Of a stretch of 64,000 nucleotides of DNA, positions 8,224 through 16,602 are shown one piece after another; the first letter of the stretch is position 1, and the number at the start of each line of letters is the position of its first letter. The notes beneath the pieces were generated by a model. The model did no database searches and was not told the DNA's origin. It worked only from the letters and a program-made list of their open reading frames with translations. This DNA comes from Bacteroidales bacterium (GTDB taxonomy: Bacteria > Bacteroidota > Bacteroidia > Bacteroidales > UBA12077), in assembly GCA_036351015.1 (NCBI GenBank), contig JAZBOG010000007.1, positions 260,363-324,362 on the forward strand, written 5' to 3'. A program made the translations under genes and the position numbers.

Positions 8224-10089
8224 ATGATAAACGAAGTGACTATTTTACAATTTATAAAAGGAATTGAGCTTTTTAAGGGCCTTTCTGATAAAGACCTGGA
8301 AGTACTGGCGAATTATATTCAGGTAAAAGAATACCATAAGGGAGATTTATTGTTTGAAGAGAATGGACCCCGTACGGATATCTTTATCATTTATAAAGGG
8401 GAAGTAGAGCTTTATAAAAGTATACGTTTTGGTTCCAAAACCAGGCTTTCATATTTTAGTAAGGGCGATTTTCTGGGTGAGGGATCCTGGGCAAATGATT
8501 CTCCTCATTCCACTTCTGCAAGAGCTTTAATGGATACTACTGTCTTTAGTATAAGCAGAAAATATTTTGACGAAAATGGCCCTGCGGCGGTTATTATCTT
8601 CAGTAATATTGCCCGTGTAATTTCCCGCCGGATGCGTCATGCTAATAACAGGATGCTGAATGTTGCTGCTCAATACGAATCCGGAAGAACAAGGAAAGAG
8701 CATGATCTATTAGGGGATAGAGAAGTACCTACCGAATATTTATATGGAGTTCAGACACTCAGGGCAATTGAGAATTTTAATATCAGCGGGGTGACCCTTA
8801 ATTTTTTCCCTGTTATTATTGAGTCCCTGGCCATGGTTAAGCTTGCTGCAGCGCAGGCAAATGTAGAACTGGGACTGCTCGAATCGTCGGTTGGAAATGC
8901 AATTATCAGGGCTTGTAATGAGATTATGAATGGCAAATATCACAATCATTTTATTGTTGATATGATCCAGGGTGGGGCAGGAACCTCCACCAATATGAAT
9001 GCCAATGAAGTTATTGCCAACAGGGCATTGGAAATTATGGGCTATGAAAGAGGACAGTATGAGTTTTGTCATCCAAACAATCATGTTAATCTCTCACAAT
9101 CTACCAATGATGCATATCCTACCTCTGTAAAAATTGCGATCATTAAAAGCAATAAAAAACTTATTCATGTACTGAATGACTTAATCCAGGCATTTTATAT
9201 CAAATCCAAAGAATTTGCACACATTATTAAAATGGGACGTACTCAGCTTCAGGATGCTGTGCCCATGACCCTCGGGCAATCGTTCGAAGCTTATGCTGTT
9301 ACCCTGGAGGAAGAGGTTGAACGATTGAAACAAAATGTGAATTTATTCCTTGAAGTGAATATGGGTGCTACAGCCATTGGAACAGGAATAAATTCCGAAC
9401 CCGAGTATGCTGATAAAGTTATAAAAAAGTTACAGAAAGTTTCTGGATTAAATGTAGTCAATGCCAAAAATCTGGTTGAGGCAACCCAGGATACAGGAGC
9501 TTTTGTAATGTACTCGTCGGCATTAAAACGATTGGCTGTTAAGTTATCCAAGATATCCAACGACCTAAGATTGTTATCTTCCGGACCACGCACAGGGATT
9601 AATGAAATTAACCTGCCTCCCATGCAACCGGGGTCTTCCATTATGCCTGGAAAGGTAAATCCCGTGATTCCCGAAGTGGTAAATCAGATTGCCTTTAAGG
9701 TGATAGGAAACGATTTAACGGTAACCATGGCTGCCGAAGCTGGTCAACTGGAATTAAACGTTATGGAGCCAGTGATTGTTCAAAGTATTTTTGAATCGGT
9801 AGAAATGTTGGTTAACGGGATGAAAACATTTAATTATAGGTGTATTAGCGGTATTACGGCTAATGGACAACGATGTCGGGAAATGGTTCAAAACAGTATT
9901 GGAATTGTGACTGCTTTAAATCCGGTATTAGGTTACGAAAAATGTTCTGTTTTAGCAAAAGAAGCCCTTAATACAGGCAGAAGTGTTTACGAGCTGGCGA
10001 TTGAAAAAGATTTTCTAAGTCAAGAAGAAATGGATGAACTACTGAAACCTGAAAATATGATCAAACCACAAAAAATGAAAAGAAAATAA
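8224..10089 (+). CDS. Fusion protein: N-terminal cyclic nucleotide-binding (CAP effector-type) domain + aspartate ammonia-lyase
   Basis: Residues about 8-125 match the cNMP-binding fold pattern (LFKGLSDKDLEVLA...GDLLFEENGP...FIIYKGEVELY...GDFLGE). From about residue 160 the protein is AspA-like throughout: DLLGDREVPTEYLYGVQTLRAIENF, and the signature GSSIMPGKVNPVIPEVVNQIAFKVIGND (nt 9631-9663 for GSSIMPGKVNP). Confidence 0.8.
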   Translation: MINEVTILQFIKGIELFKGLSDKDLEVLANYIQVKEYHKGDLLFEENGPRTDIFIIYKGEVELYKSIRFGSKTRLSYFSKGDFLGEGSWANDSPHSTSARALMDTTVFSISRKYFDENGPAAVIIFSNIARVISRRMRHANNRMLNVAAQYESGRTRKEHDLLGDREVPTEYLYGVQTLRAIENFNISGVTLNFFPVIIESLAMVKLAAAQANVELGLLESSVGNAIIRACNEIMNGKYHNHFIVDMIQGGAGTSTNMNANEVIANRALEIMGYERGQYEFCHPNNHVNLSQSTNDAYPTSVKIAIIKSNKKLIHVLNDLIQAFYIKSKEFAHIIKMGRTQLQDAVPMTLGQSFEAYAVTLEEEVERLKQNVNLFLEVNMGATAIGTGINSEPEYADKVIKKLQKVSGLNVVNAKNLVEATQDTGAFVMYSSALKRLAVKLSKISNDLRLLSSGPRTGINEINLPPMQPGSSIMPGKVNPVIPEVVNQIAFKVIGNDLTVTMAAEAGQLELNVMEPVIVQSIFESVEMLVNGMKTFNYRCISGITANGQRCREMVQNSIGIVTALNPVLGYEKCSVLAKEALNTGRSVYELAIEKDFLSQEEMDELLKPENMIKPQKMKRK

Positions 10090-10097
10090 ATGGTTTA

Positions 10098-10123
10098 AGC
10101 CGGATAATTAACCGGCTTTTTTT
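10098..10123 (+). terminator. Rho-independent terminator
   Basis: AGCCGG / CCGGCT stem followed by a T7 run, directly after the stop codon. Confidence 0.7.
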
Positions 10124-10137
10124 GTATTCTTTTTATC

Positions 10138-11178
10138 TTAGCTTAGATTCAGTAAAAAAGCCAGGGTATCAATATCATCTGCGTAATCCCATAATTCAGG
10201 CTGCTGTGTTTTTCCGAACGGCACCACGCCTTCCGTGATGTTCAGGTTGGACGCAATACATTGAATCTGCTCCTGGTTTACCCTGAGATACTCTTTCACC
10301 TCCTGGAGATGATCATAATACTCATAATATACTACCGAAAGGGGTGAGGATAATCCTTTATCTTCCTTTAACAACACAAATCCGTTGTCGAAATGTTGAA
10401 CCTGGTTCATCAGGAAGATTGATTTATTATAGTCAAAATTATTTGCATATTGATGATGATTGTAGATTTCCCGATAGTGGTCAATATGCTGGAAAAAAAG
10501 ATCAAAACAATAATCATTTGGAACGAATAATTTAGATACATTGCGACATCCTAAACCAAAATAGCTAAATATATCATCTGCTAAGAGGTTAATGTCCTCT
10601 GCAGATTCATTGCCATCCAGAATAGCGACTGAGTTTCTGTTTTTTCGAATAATATGAGGATATTTTCCAAAATAATACTCAAAATACCTTGAGGTGTTAT
10701 TGCTTCCGGTAGCTATAACAGCATCAAAGGATTTGAGCTGATTCTCTTCGATGAGGATTAGATCATTAAAACCTGGATGATAATCTGTTAGGAAATCGAT
10801 AAGAAAAGTAAATAACCGGTTATCCTTGGATGATAATTTACCGATAAATTTATTTCCCGATATTAATACAGAAATAAAATCATGAAACCCAACCAATGGG
10901 ATATTTCCTGCGGTGATTACCCCTATGTTTTTACTTTGTTTTTCTTCTTGTAATTTGGGATAGCTGGCGACCCATTTTTCAATTTTTTCTGCTGATAATG
11001 AATTGCCAATAGCATGAATCGATTTTCTGATATTCTTTTCGGTAAACCAGGGGTTGTACTGATGGTCATTGGATACAACTTCTTCAAGTACTTTTGTATA
11101 CCTGTTGTCAGGGTCAGGAAATTTTCTGAGGAATTCTCCCAGAACTATAAAGCTTTCAATTCGTTTTTTTAAATCCAT
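10138..11178 (-). CDS. Acyl-CoA reductase (LuxC-like) family protein
   Basis: The length and sequence pattern (NPWFT...GVITAGNIPLVGFHDF...ATGSNNTSRYFEYYF...NRNSVAIL...GLGCRNVSK) match the Bacteroidota LuxC-type acyl-CoA reductase family. Confidence 0.7.
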   Translation of the reverse strand: MDLKKRIESFIVLGEFLRKFPDPDNRYTKVLEEVVSNDHQYNPWFTEKNIRKSIHAIGNSLSAEKIEKWVASYPKLQEEKQSKNIGVITAGNIPLVGFHDFISVLISGNKFIGKLSSKDNRLFTFLIDFLTDYHPGFNDLILIEENQLKSFDAVIATGSNNTSRYFEYYFGKYPHIIRKNRNSVAILDGNESAEDINLLADDIFSYFGLGCRNVSKLFVPNDYCFDLFFQHIDHYREIYNHHQYANNFDYNKSIFLMNQVQHFDNGFVLLKEDKGLSSPLSVVYYEYYDHLQEVKEYLRVNQEQIQCIASNLNITEGVVPFGKTQQPELWDYADDIDTLAFLLNLS

Positions 11179-11263
11179 GTTGCTAAAATAAACAATATAT
11201 CTATCAAAAAAACAATGGATGGTTATTCCTCAACCATCCATTTACATATTTTACGGGTAGCTT

Positions 11264-11626
11264 CTATAGTGCTTCCCAGGGCATCTGTGTGAAAATTGTA
11301 CTTAATGCAGCTCCTACAATTAACAGGTAGATAATAATAACGACAAGATACAAAGATGATAGAATTGTTCCAATGATAGCACATACTCTTCCTGCTTTCA
11401 TGTTTTTGAAAGATCCCTGGGTATACTGTTCCGGATTACTAGCATAGATTGCATTTGCTTTGCTTGATAAAACAAGCGCTATAATTCCCATGGTAATACC
11501 AAAAAGTCCATAACACCAGCAAATGGCGATGGATAGAATTCCCAGTACCAGTACAGCAGTTGAGTTGGGTAGAGTTTGTTGAACCTGAGGGGTTGTTTCG
11601 TTGGGTTGTGTTGTTGTGTTTTCCAT
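11264..11626 (-). CDS. CCC-motif / DUF4190-like small membrane protein
   Basis: A polar T/Q/P-rich N-terminus is followed by two transmembrane helices, with the ICWCYG motif. Confidence 0.6.
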   Translation of the reverse strand: MENTTTQPNETTPQVQQTLPNSTAVLVLGILSIAICWCYGLFGITMGIIALVLSSKANAIYASNPEQYTQGSFKNMKAGRVCAIIGTILSSLYLVVIIIYLLIVGAALSTIFTQMPWEAL

Positions 11627-11637
11627 TTTACTTAGGT

Positions 11638-11940
11638 TTAATAAATGATTAGTTTATAAATATAGCTTAAAACTACAATAGATGTGTTAATGATAAACAA
11701 AATTTTTAAAACTTGTGCTCCTTTGTTAAATTTAAAAATTATGTGAAGAATAAGATAGATTATCAATAGGATTGTTGGAATGAGTGCCGGAAATAGCTTC
11801 AGGCTTTCAGCAAAGTTGCCTTTTAATAATTCAATCAGTGCTCTTTGCATGCCGCATCCGGGGCATTCTATCCCCAGGTATTTTTTGTAGAAACAACTTT
11901 GCATATGCGATTCAAGCCACTCAATGATTTTTTGTGCCAT
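11638..11940 (-). CDS. DUF2752 domain-containing membrane protein
   Basis: CPGCGMQRA motif after an N-terminal Cys (SCFYKKYLGIECPGCGMQRA), followed by two transmembrane helices. Confidence 0.7.
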   Translation of the reverse strand: MAQKIIEWLESHMQSCFYKKYLGIECPGCGMQRALIELLKGNFAESLKLFPALIPTILLIIYLILHIIFKFNKGAQVLKILFIINTSIVVLSYIYKLIIY

Positions 11941-11984
11941 CTTTTAACTTTTACAAATAAATGACCGAAAAATACTAAAAAAGA

Positions 11985-12836
11985 TTACAAATCCGATGCT
12001 GAAAACAAGATAGAAACATAATCAACAACTTCACTGGAAGGAATAATTTCTCCCGAATGACCTGTTTTTAAAAGGTCGACACGTGGGGCTGCTGAAACAA
12101 GTTTAGCATATTCCATCAGCGTCATAATGGGGCCATATCCGCATACCGAGATATTTTTCTCCAGAATAACTTTTTCAACCGCTAAAGAGTTTAAATTTAA
12201 AATATTTTTTATTACATAGGCATCTCTCTTTCTCCCTTGTTCAGGAGTTAAAAAATGGGAAAAGTCAGATGAAGCGATGATTAAAATTTTTTGTTGGGTC
12301 AAATCAGTCACATCTTTTATCCGCCCGGCCAGTTTTTTTGCATTGGTAAAAGATTGACGGGAAAGGGTAATGGGGGCAATCTTAAACGGATAGTCTAAAA
12401 AATACTGTAAAAAGGGGACCATAACTTCTGCCGAATGCTCATTTTGTTGTTCAACTCCGGAGATGGGGATCCCCAGTTTCTCCCCAAATTCTGTATCAAC
12501 GTTTACTTTTCCCAGGGGTGTTTCCCAGATTTCATTTTCATCAAAAGCCATTTCGTGTCCAGGGCCTGTATGGTTAGGATTGATAATTACAATGGTGTCG
12601 TAGGGATGATTGGATTGTTTAATGATTTCGAAGAAATGAACAGCCTGATAGGCTGAAAACATATATCCTGCATGGGGTACAACACCTCCCAGGATGAACT
12701 TGCTCTTTAAGGAAACATTGATCTGTGAATATTCTTTTTGTCTGATTTCTTCCATTTGATGGATTAATGCTTTTTTATCAGCTGGATAGAACTTTCCGGA
12801 TACTACAGGTTTTCTAACTTTCATAATATTATTCAT
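11985..12836 (-). CDS. amrB: AmmeMemoRadiSam system protein B (Memo-like)
   Basis: VRKPVVSGKFYP N-terminus, His-rich metal site pattern (VVPHAGY, NPNHTG, DFSH) and about 280 aa. The track start overlaps the upstream radical SAM gene by 8 nt. Confidence 0.8.
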   Translation of the reverse strand: MNNIMKVRKPVVSGKFYPADKKALIHQMEEIRQKEYSQINVSLKSKFILGGVVPHAGYMFSAYQAVHFFEIIKQSNHPYDTIVIINPNHTGPGHEMAFDENEIWETPLGKVNVDTEFGEKLGIPISGVEQQNEHSAEVMVPFLQYFLDYPFKIAPITLSRQSFTNAKKLAGRIKDVTDLTQQKILIIASSDFSHFLTPEQGRKRDAYVIKNILNLNSLAVEKVILEKNISVCGYGPIMTLMEYAKLVSAAPRVDLLKTGHSGEIIPSSEVVDYVSILFSASDL

Positions 12837-13845
12837 TATAGAATTTCAAGATTGGGTTTCCACATTTTTTGCAAGCACCTTCAGGAGTAAGAGATCTCTT
12901 CTTCACCCGATACCCTTCCCTGTTAATTACTGGTTCACCACATTTCCAGCAACAGGTATTATTCCCTTCGGGCATCTGTATATTTCCCATGTAAACATAG
13001 GATAAATAGTGGTCAGCGATTTGTTTAAGCTCCCTTAATTTACTTACCGGAGTTCCTTCAATCGAAAGTTTATACGTTGGGTAATATCTTGAGATATGCA
13101 GGACGGTTTCTTTTCCCGTATTTTGAGCAATCCATTTTACCATTTGTTCAAATTCCTCGGGATGATCATTTAAGCTAGGAATAACCAGGTTGGTTATTTC
13201 TAAATGTTTTCCTGCTGCGGCAATATTACGGATTGTTTGTTTTACCGGTTCAAGTTGTGAACGGGTATATTTAACAAAAAAATCATTATGAAACGCTTTT
13301 AAATCAACACTATATGCATCAATTACCCGGTGTAACTGATCTAAAGGTTTGGTCTTGATAAATCCATTGGTAACCATTACGTTTTTTTGGTTATTCTCTT
13401 TTACTTTTTCAGCCGTTCGCAACATGAATTCGTAAAATACGGTAGGTTCGTTATATGTATAGGCAACTCCCAGGTTATTCGCTTCCGATTGAGCAATTTG
13501 AGCGATCTGTTCAGGGAAGAATAATTTTCCTTCTTGCCCGAAATCTTCGGCAGAAGTTTGTGATATTTGCCAGTTTTGACAGAAGTCGCAGGTTAAATTA
13601 CAGCCAATACTTCCCACAGATAATATTTCTGCCCCGGGATAAAAGTGGTAAAGAGGCTTTTTTTCTATCGGATCAAACCCCATGGAAGATATTAACCCAT
13701 AACTTGAAGCGATTAATCGGCCATTTTCATTCTTTCTGACTTTGCATATCCCCGACTTCCCGGGCATGATAACACATTGATGGGGACATAATGCACATTG
13801 TACTTTTTGATTCTCTTTTTTTGTGTAATAGAATGCTTCCGTCAT
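12829..13845 (-). CDS. amrS: AmmeMemoRadiSam system radical SAM enzyme
   Basis: CxxxCxxC radical SAM motif (CNLTCDFCQNW), an N-terminal CALCPHQC motif and a C-terminal Cys-rich ribbon (CCWKCG...CKKCG). The track start at 13863 is TTG. The ATG at 13845 (MTEAFYY...) lies 4 nt after the acylphosphatase stop. Confidence 0.85.
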   Translation of the reverse strand: MTEAFYYTKKENQKVQCALCPHQCVIMPGKSGICKVRKNENGRLIASSYGLISSMGFDPIEKKPLYHFYPGAEILSVGSIGCNLTCDFCQNWQISQTSAEDFGQEGKLFFPEQIAQIAQSEANNLGVAYTYNEPTVFYEFMLRTAEKVKENNQKNVMVTNGFIKTKPLDQLHRVIDAYSVDLKAFHNDFFVKYTRSQLEPVKQTIRNIAAAGKHLEITNLVIPSLNDHPEEFEQMVKWIAQNTGKETVLHISRYYPTYKLSIEGTPVSKLRELKQIADHYLSYVYMGNIQMPEGNNTCCWKCGEPVINREGYRVKKRSLTPEGACKKCGNPILKFYNE

Positions 13846-13849
13846 AAGC

Positions 13850-14119
13850 CTAACGTATAACAAATTTTTTATAGTTCGACAAAGGTATCTCCTTATAATT
13901 CACGTTATCTACCCTTGACCAGGGAGGTCCTTGCCGGCACCAAACAATTAACTTCTCCAACGATTCCATATCTCCCTCGGCTTCAATATATACCGATCCG
14001 TCGGGTTTGTTATGGACAAATTCTTTCAGGGATAGTTCATTGGCTTTTTGTAGCGTACTATATCTGAAACCTACTCCCTGTACATTGCCATATACATAAA
14101 TCATGTAAGCTTTTTCCAT
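13850..14119 (-). CDS. Acylphosphatase
   Basis: Canonical signature VYGNVQGVGFRYS. Size 89 aa. Confidence 0.85.
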   Translation of the reverse strand: MEKAYMIYVYGNVQGVGFRYSTLQKANELSLKEFVHNKPDGSVYIEAEGDMESLEKLIVWCRQGPPWSRVDNVNYKEIPLSNYKKFVIR

Positions 14120-14123
14120 CCTA

Positions 14124-14657
14124 TTATTCGTAACTTGCGATCTTAAAAAATGAATATTCTAAGTTTTTATTCCCTTCCTGGGTTATTCCGGCGGCATTTT
14201 TTGCAGCCTCTAGAAATTGTCCCGTGGTCTTTATTCCTTTAGTCCCGGGCAGAATAAATCCCTTTTGTCCTTCAGGACCTGTTACATATAATCCATGTTT
14301 TTGTGGTTTAATATCCTCAAAACTTTCAACTCTTTGTGGGGTAGATAATACATCTACTTTTACTTTTATGCTGTTTAAATCGTTGTTTGTTAGAGGTTTA
14401 AAATCATTGTCGTGAACAGCAGCATCGATTGAATTTTTTATTATTTCTTCATACAAAGTAGAGGTTTGAGGAAATATACTTCCCTTACGTCCTCTCAGGT
14501 TGTTTTCATTATCAAATATAGATACCACACATGCTCTTTTTAATCGTAGATCAGGGGAAATTTTAGCTCTTTCTTTTTTTTTAATTTCTCCCGTTGAAAC
14601 ATAAAATAAAATTGTTTCAAATGCAATTTTTGCATATTTGGTTTTAGCATGAAACAT
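14124..14657 (-). CDS. amrA: AmmeMemoRadiSam system protein A (AMMECR1 domain)
   Basis: About 177 aa with an AMMECR1-like pattern (RACVVSIF...LRGRKGSI...KVKVDVLS...HGLYV). It sits next to the Memo-like and radical SAM partners. Confidence 0.75.
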   Translation of the reverse strand: MFHAKTKYAKIAFETILFYVSTGEIKKKERAKISPDLRLKRACVVSIFDNENNLRGRKGSIFPQTSTLYEEIIKNSIDAAVHDNDFKPLTNNDLNSIKVKVDVLSTPQRVESFEDIKPQKHGLYVTGPEGQKGFILPGTKGIKTTGQFLEAAKNAAGITQEGNKNLEYSFFKIASYE

Positions 14658-14880
14658 GACCGATAGAATTTAAAACAGAGTTTGCAGGTTTTGTATGAAA
14701 AGAGATAATGTACATAAGCCCGGGCTATGTATTTTGTCTTCTATTATGACAGATACCAATTAATTATGTATACATGTAAAAATACAAATTTCCTTTCAGA
14801 TGGTCAATTTATTGCAACGAAGTTTAAAAATTCAAAAGAATACTATTTATAATCTTAAGAAGATGTATTATTTTTGACTT

Positions 14881-16122
14881 ATGACATCTTCAGGATTTCT
14901 TTTTCGTGAAAATTTAAAGATCGCAATCGGTTCCATCCGTTCGAACTTACTGCGGAGCATATTGACGATTTTTATTATTGCTTTTGGTATTATGGCACTG
15001 GTAGGAATATTAACTGCTATTGATTCCATAAAAAGTTCGATAAGCAATGAATTTAGAAGTATGGGGGCCAATACTTTTTCAATCGTAAACCGAAACAGCA
15101 GGGTTAGTATGGGAGGCAGGGTAAAACGATTTAAAAGTATTACCTATCGTGAAGCACAGGAATTTAAAGAACAATTTAACTTTCCGGCAAAGGTATCTTT
15201 ATCTACCTGGGCCTCAGATATGGCCACGGTTAAATATAAATCGGAAAAGACAAATCCAAATATAAGCGTTATTGGGGCTGATGAAAATTATTTATTTACT
15301 GCCGGATATGAAATTGAGCGTGGACGAAATTTTAATATTAACGAAATTCAATCGAATGCTCATAGTGTAATTATAGGAAAAAACCTGGCTACCCAACTTT
15401 TTAATGTCAACGATTCTGTGATAGGGAGTGTTATACGCATCGGCAGTGATAAATATAAAGTTATTGGAGTACTTAAAGCGAGAGGTTCAAGTTTCGGTGC
15501 CTCAGGGGATAAGATGTGTATCCTCCCGATAACCAGTGTCCGGCAATATTTTTCACGGCCAAACATGAACTTTAAGATTGATGTTTTACCTCATGACACA
15601 AAATTGCTTGAAGCAGCTGTTAATGAAGCGCAAGGACTTTTCCGGGTGATTAGAAATTTACGCAGTTTTGAGGAGGATAATTTTTCCATAGAAACAAGTG
15701 ATAATCTTGCTAATTTATTGATTGAAAATATTAAATATGTAACCATTGCGGCCACAATTATAGGAATTATTACCCTATTTGGTGCAGCCATTGGTTTAAT
15801 GAATATTATGCTTGTTTCTGTTACAGAACGGACTCGTGAAATTGGGATTCGAAAAGCCATTGGTGCCAAAGCCGCGATCATAAGACGCCAGTTTCTTTAT
15901 GAGTCGGTACTTATCGGCCAGTTGGGTGGAATTTTTGGAATTATTTTAGGTATTTTGATCGGAAATGTTGTATCTTTAATAACTGGTGGAGTATTTGTGA
16001 TTCCCTGGATCTGGATACTCGCCGGGGTGTTGCTTTGTTTTATTGTTGGTTTGGTTTCTGGATTATTTCCTGCAATAAAAGCATCAAAATTAGATCCTAT
16101 TGTTTCATTGAGGTATGAATAA
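14881..16122 (+). CDS. ABC transporter permease, MacB/FtsX-like
   Basis: One N-terminal transmembrane helix, a large periplasmic domain, then three C-terminal transmembrane helices with the FtsX-type motif (ERTREIGIRKAIGA). Confidence 0.85.
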   Translation: MTSSGFLFRENLKIAIGSIRSNLLRSILTIFIIAFGIMALVGILTAIDSIKSSISNEFRSMGANTFSIVNRNSRVSMGGRVKRFKSITYREAQEFKEQFNFPAKVSLSTWASDMATVKYKSEKTNPNISVIGADENYLFTAGYEIERGRNFNINEIQSNAHSVIIGKNLATQLFNVNDSVIGSVIRIGSDKYKVIGVLKARGSSFGASGDKMCILPITSVRQYFSRPNMNFKIDVLPHDTKLLEAAVNEAQGLFRVIRNLRSFEEDNFSIETSDNLANLLIENIKYVTIAATIIGIITLFGAAIGLMNIMLVSVTERTREIGIRKAIGAKAAIIRRQFLYESVLIGQLGGIFGIILGILIGNVVSLITGGVFVIPWIWILAGVLLCFIVGLVSGLFPAIKASKLDPIVSLRYE

Positions 16123-16148
16123 TTTAATAAATTCAATATTTTTTCAAT

Positions 16149-16529
16149 ATGATGAAAGAGTTGGTTATTGATAAAACAGTTAAAACTCCCTTTGTTCATT
16201 TCAATCCCGATACCGGAATTTTAAAAATTTCAGGTCGTTCAATACCCGAAAATCCCGAAGATTTTTATGATAAATTATTTGACTGGGTAAAAGATTATTT
16301 TAATCATCCACAAAAGGAGACGATTATTGAAATTCAGCTTGAATACATTAACAGTGGATCTTCAAAGTTTATTCTTGAATTTTTCCAACTAATGCAGGAA
16401 TTTTACCTGCAAGATAAAGAATGCCGGATAAACTGGTATTACGAAGAGGATGATGAAGCCGTTTTTGAACTTGGGAAACATTATCAAACGTTGATCAATG
16501 TACCTTTTAAATTAATAGAAATTTATTAA
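16149..16529 (+). CDS. DUF1987 (SiaC-family) protein
   Basis: Pattern TPFVHFNPDTGILKISGRSIPENPEDFYDKLFDWV...LEYINSGSSKFI is typical of DUF1987. Confidence 0.75.
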   Translation: MMKELVIDKTVKTPFVHFNPDTGILKISGRSIPENPEDFYDKLFDWVKDYFNHPQKETIIEIQLEYINSGSSKFILEFFQLMQEFYLQDKECRINWYYEEDDEAVFELGKHYQTLINVPFKLIEIY

Positions 16530-16550
16530 ACGCCTGGTTTTGTTTATAAT

Positions 16551-16582
16551 AAAAGCCTAAGATCAAAAGATCTTAGGCTTTC
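16551..16582. terminator. Bidirectional rho-independent terminator
   Basis: Perfect 11-bp stem AGCCTAAGATC / GATCTTAGGCT with loop AAAA, flanked by an A-run and a T-run. It lies between convergent genes. Confidence 0.8.
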
Positions 16583-16602
16583 TGATTATTTAGGATAATT
16601 TG

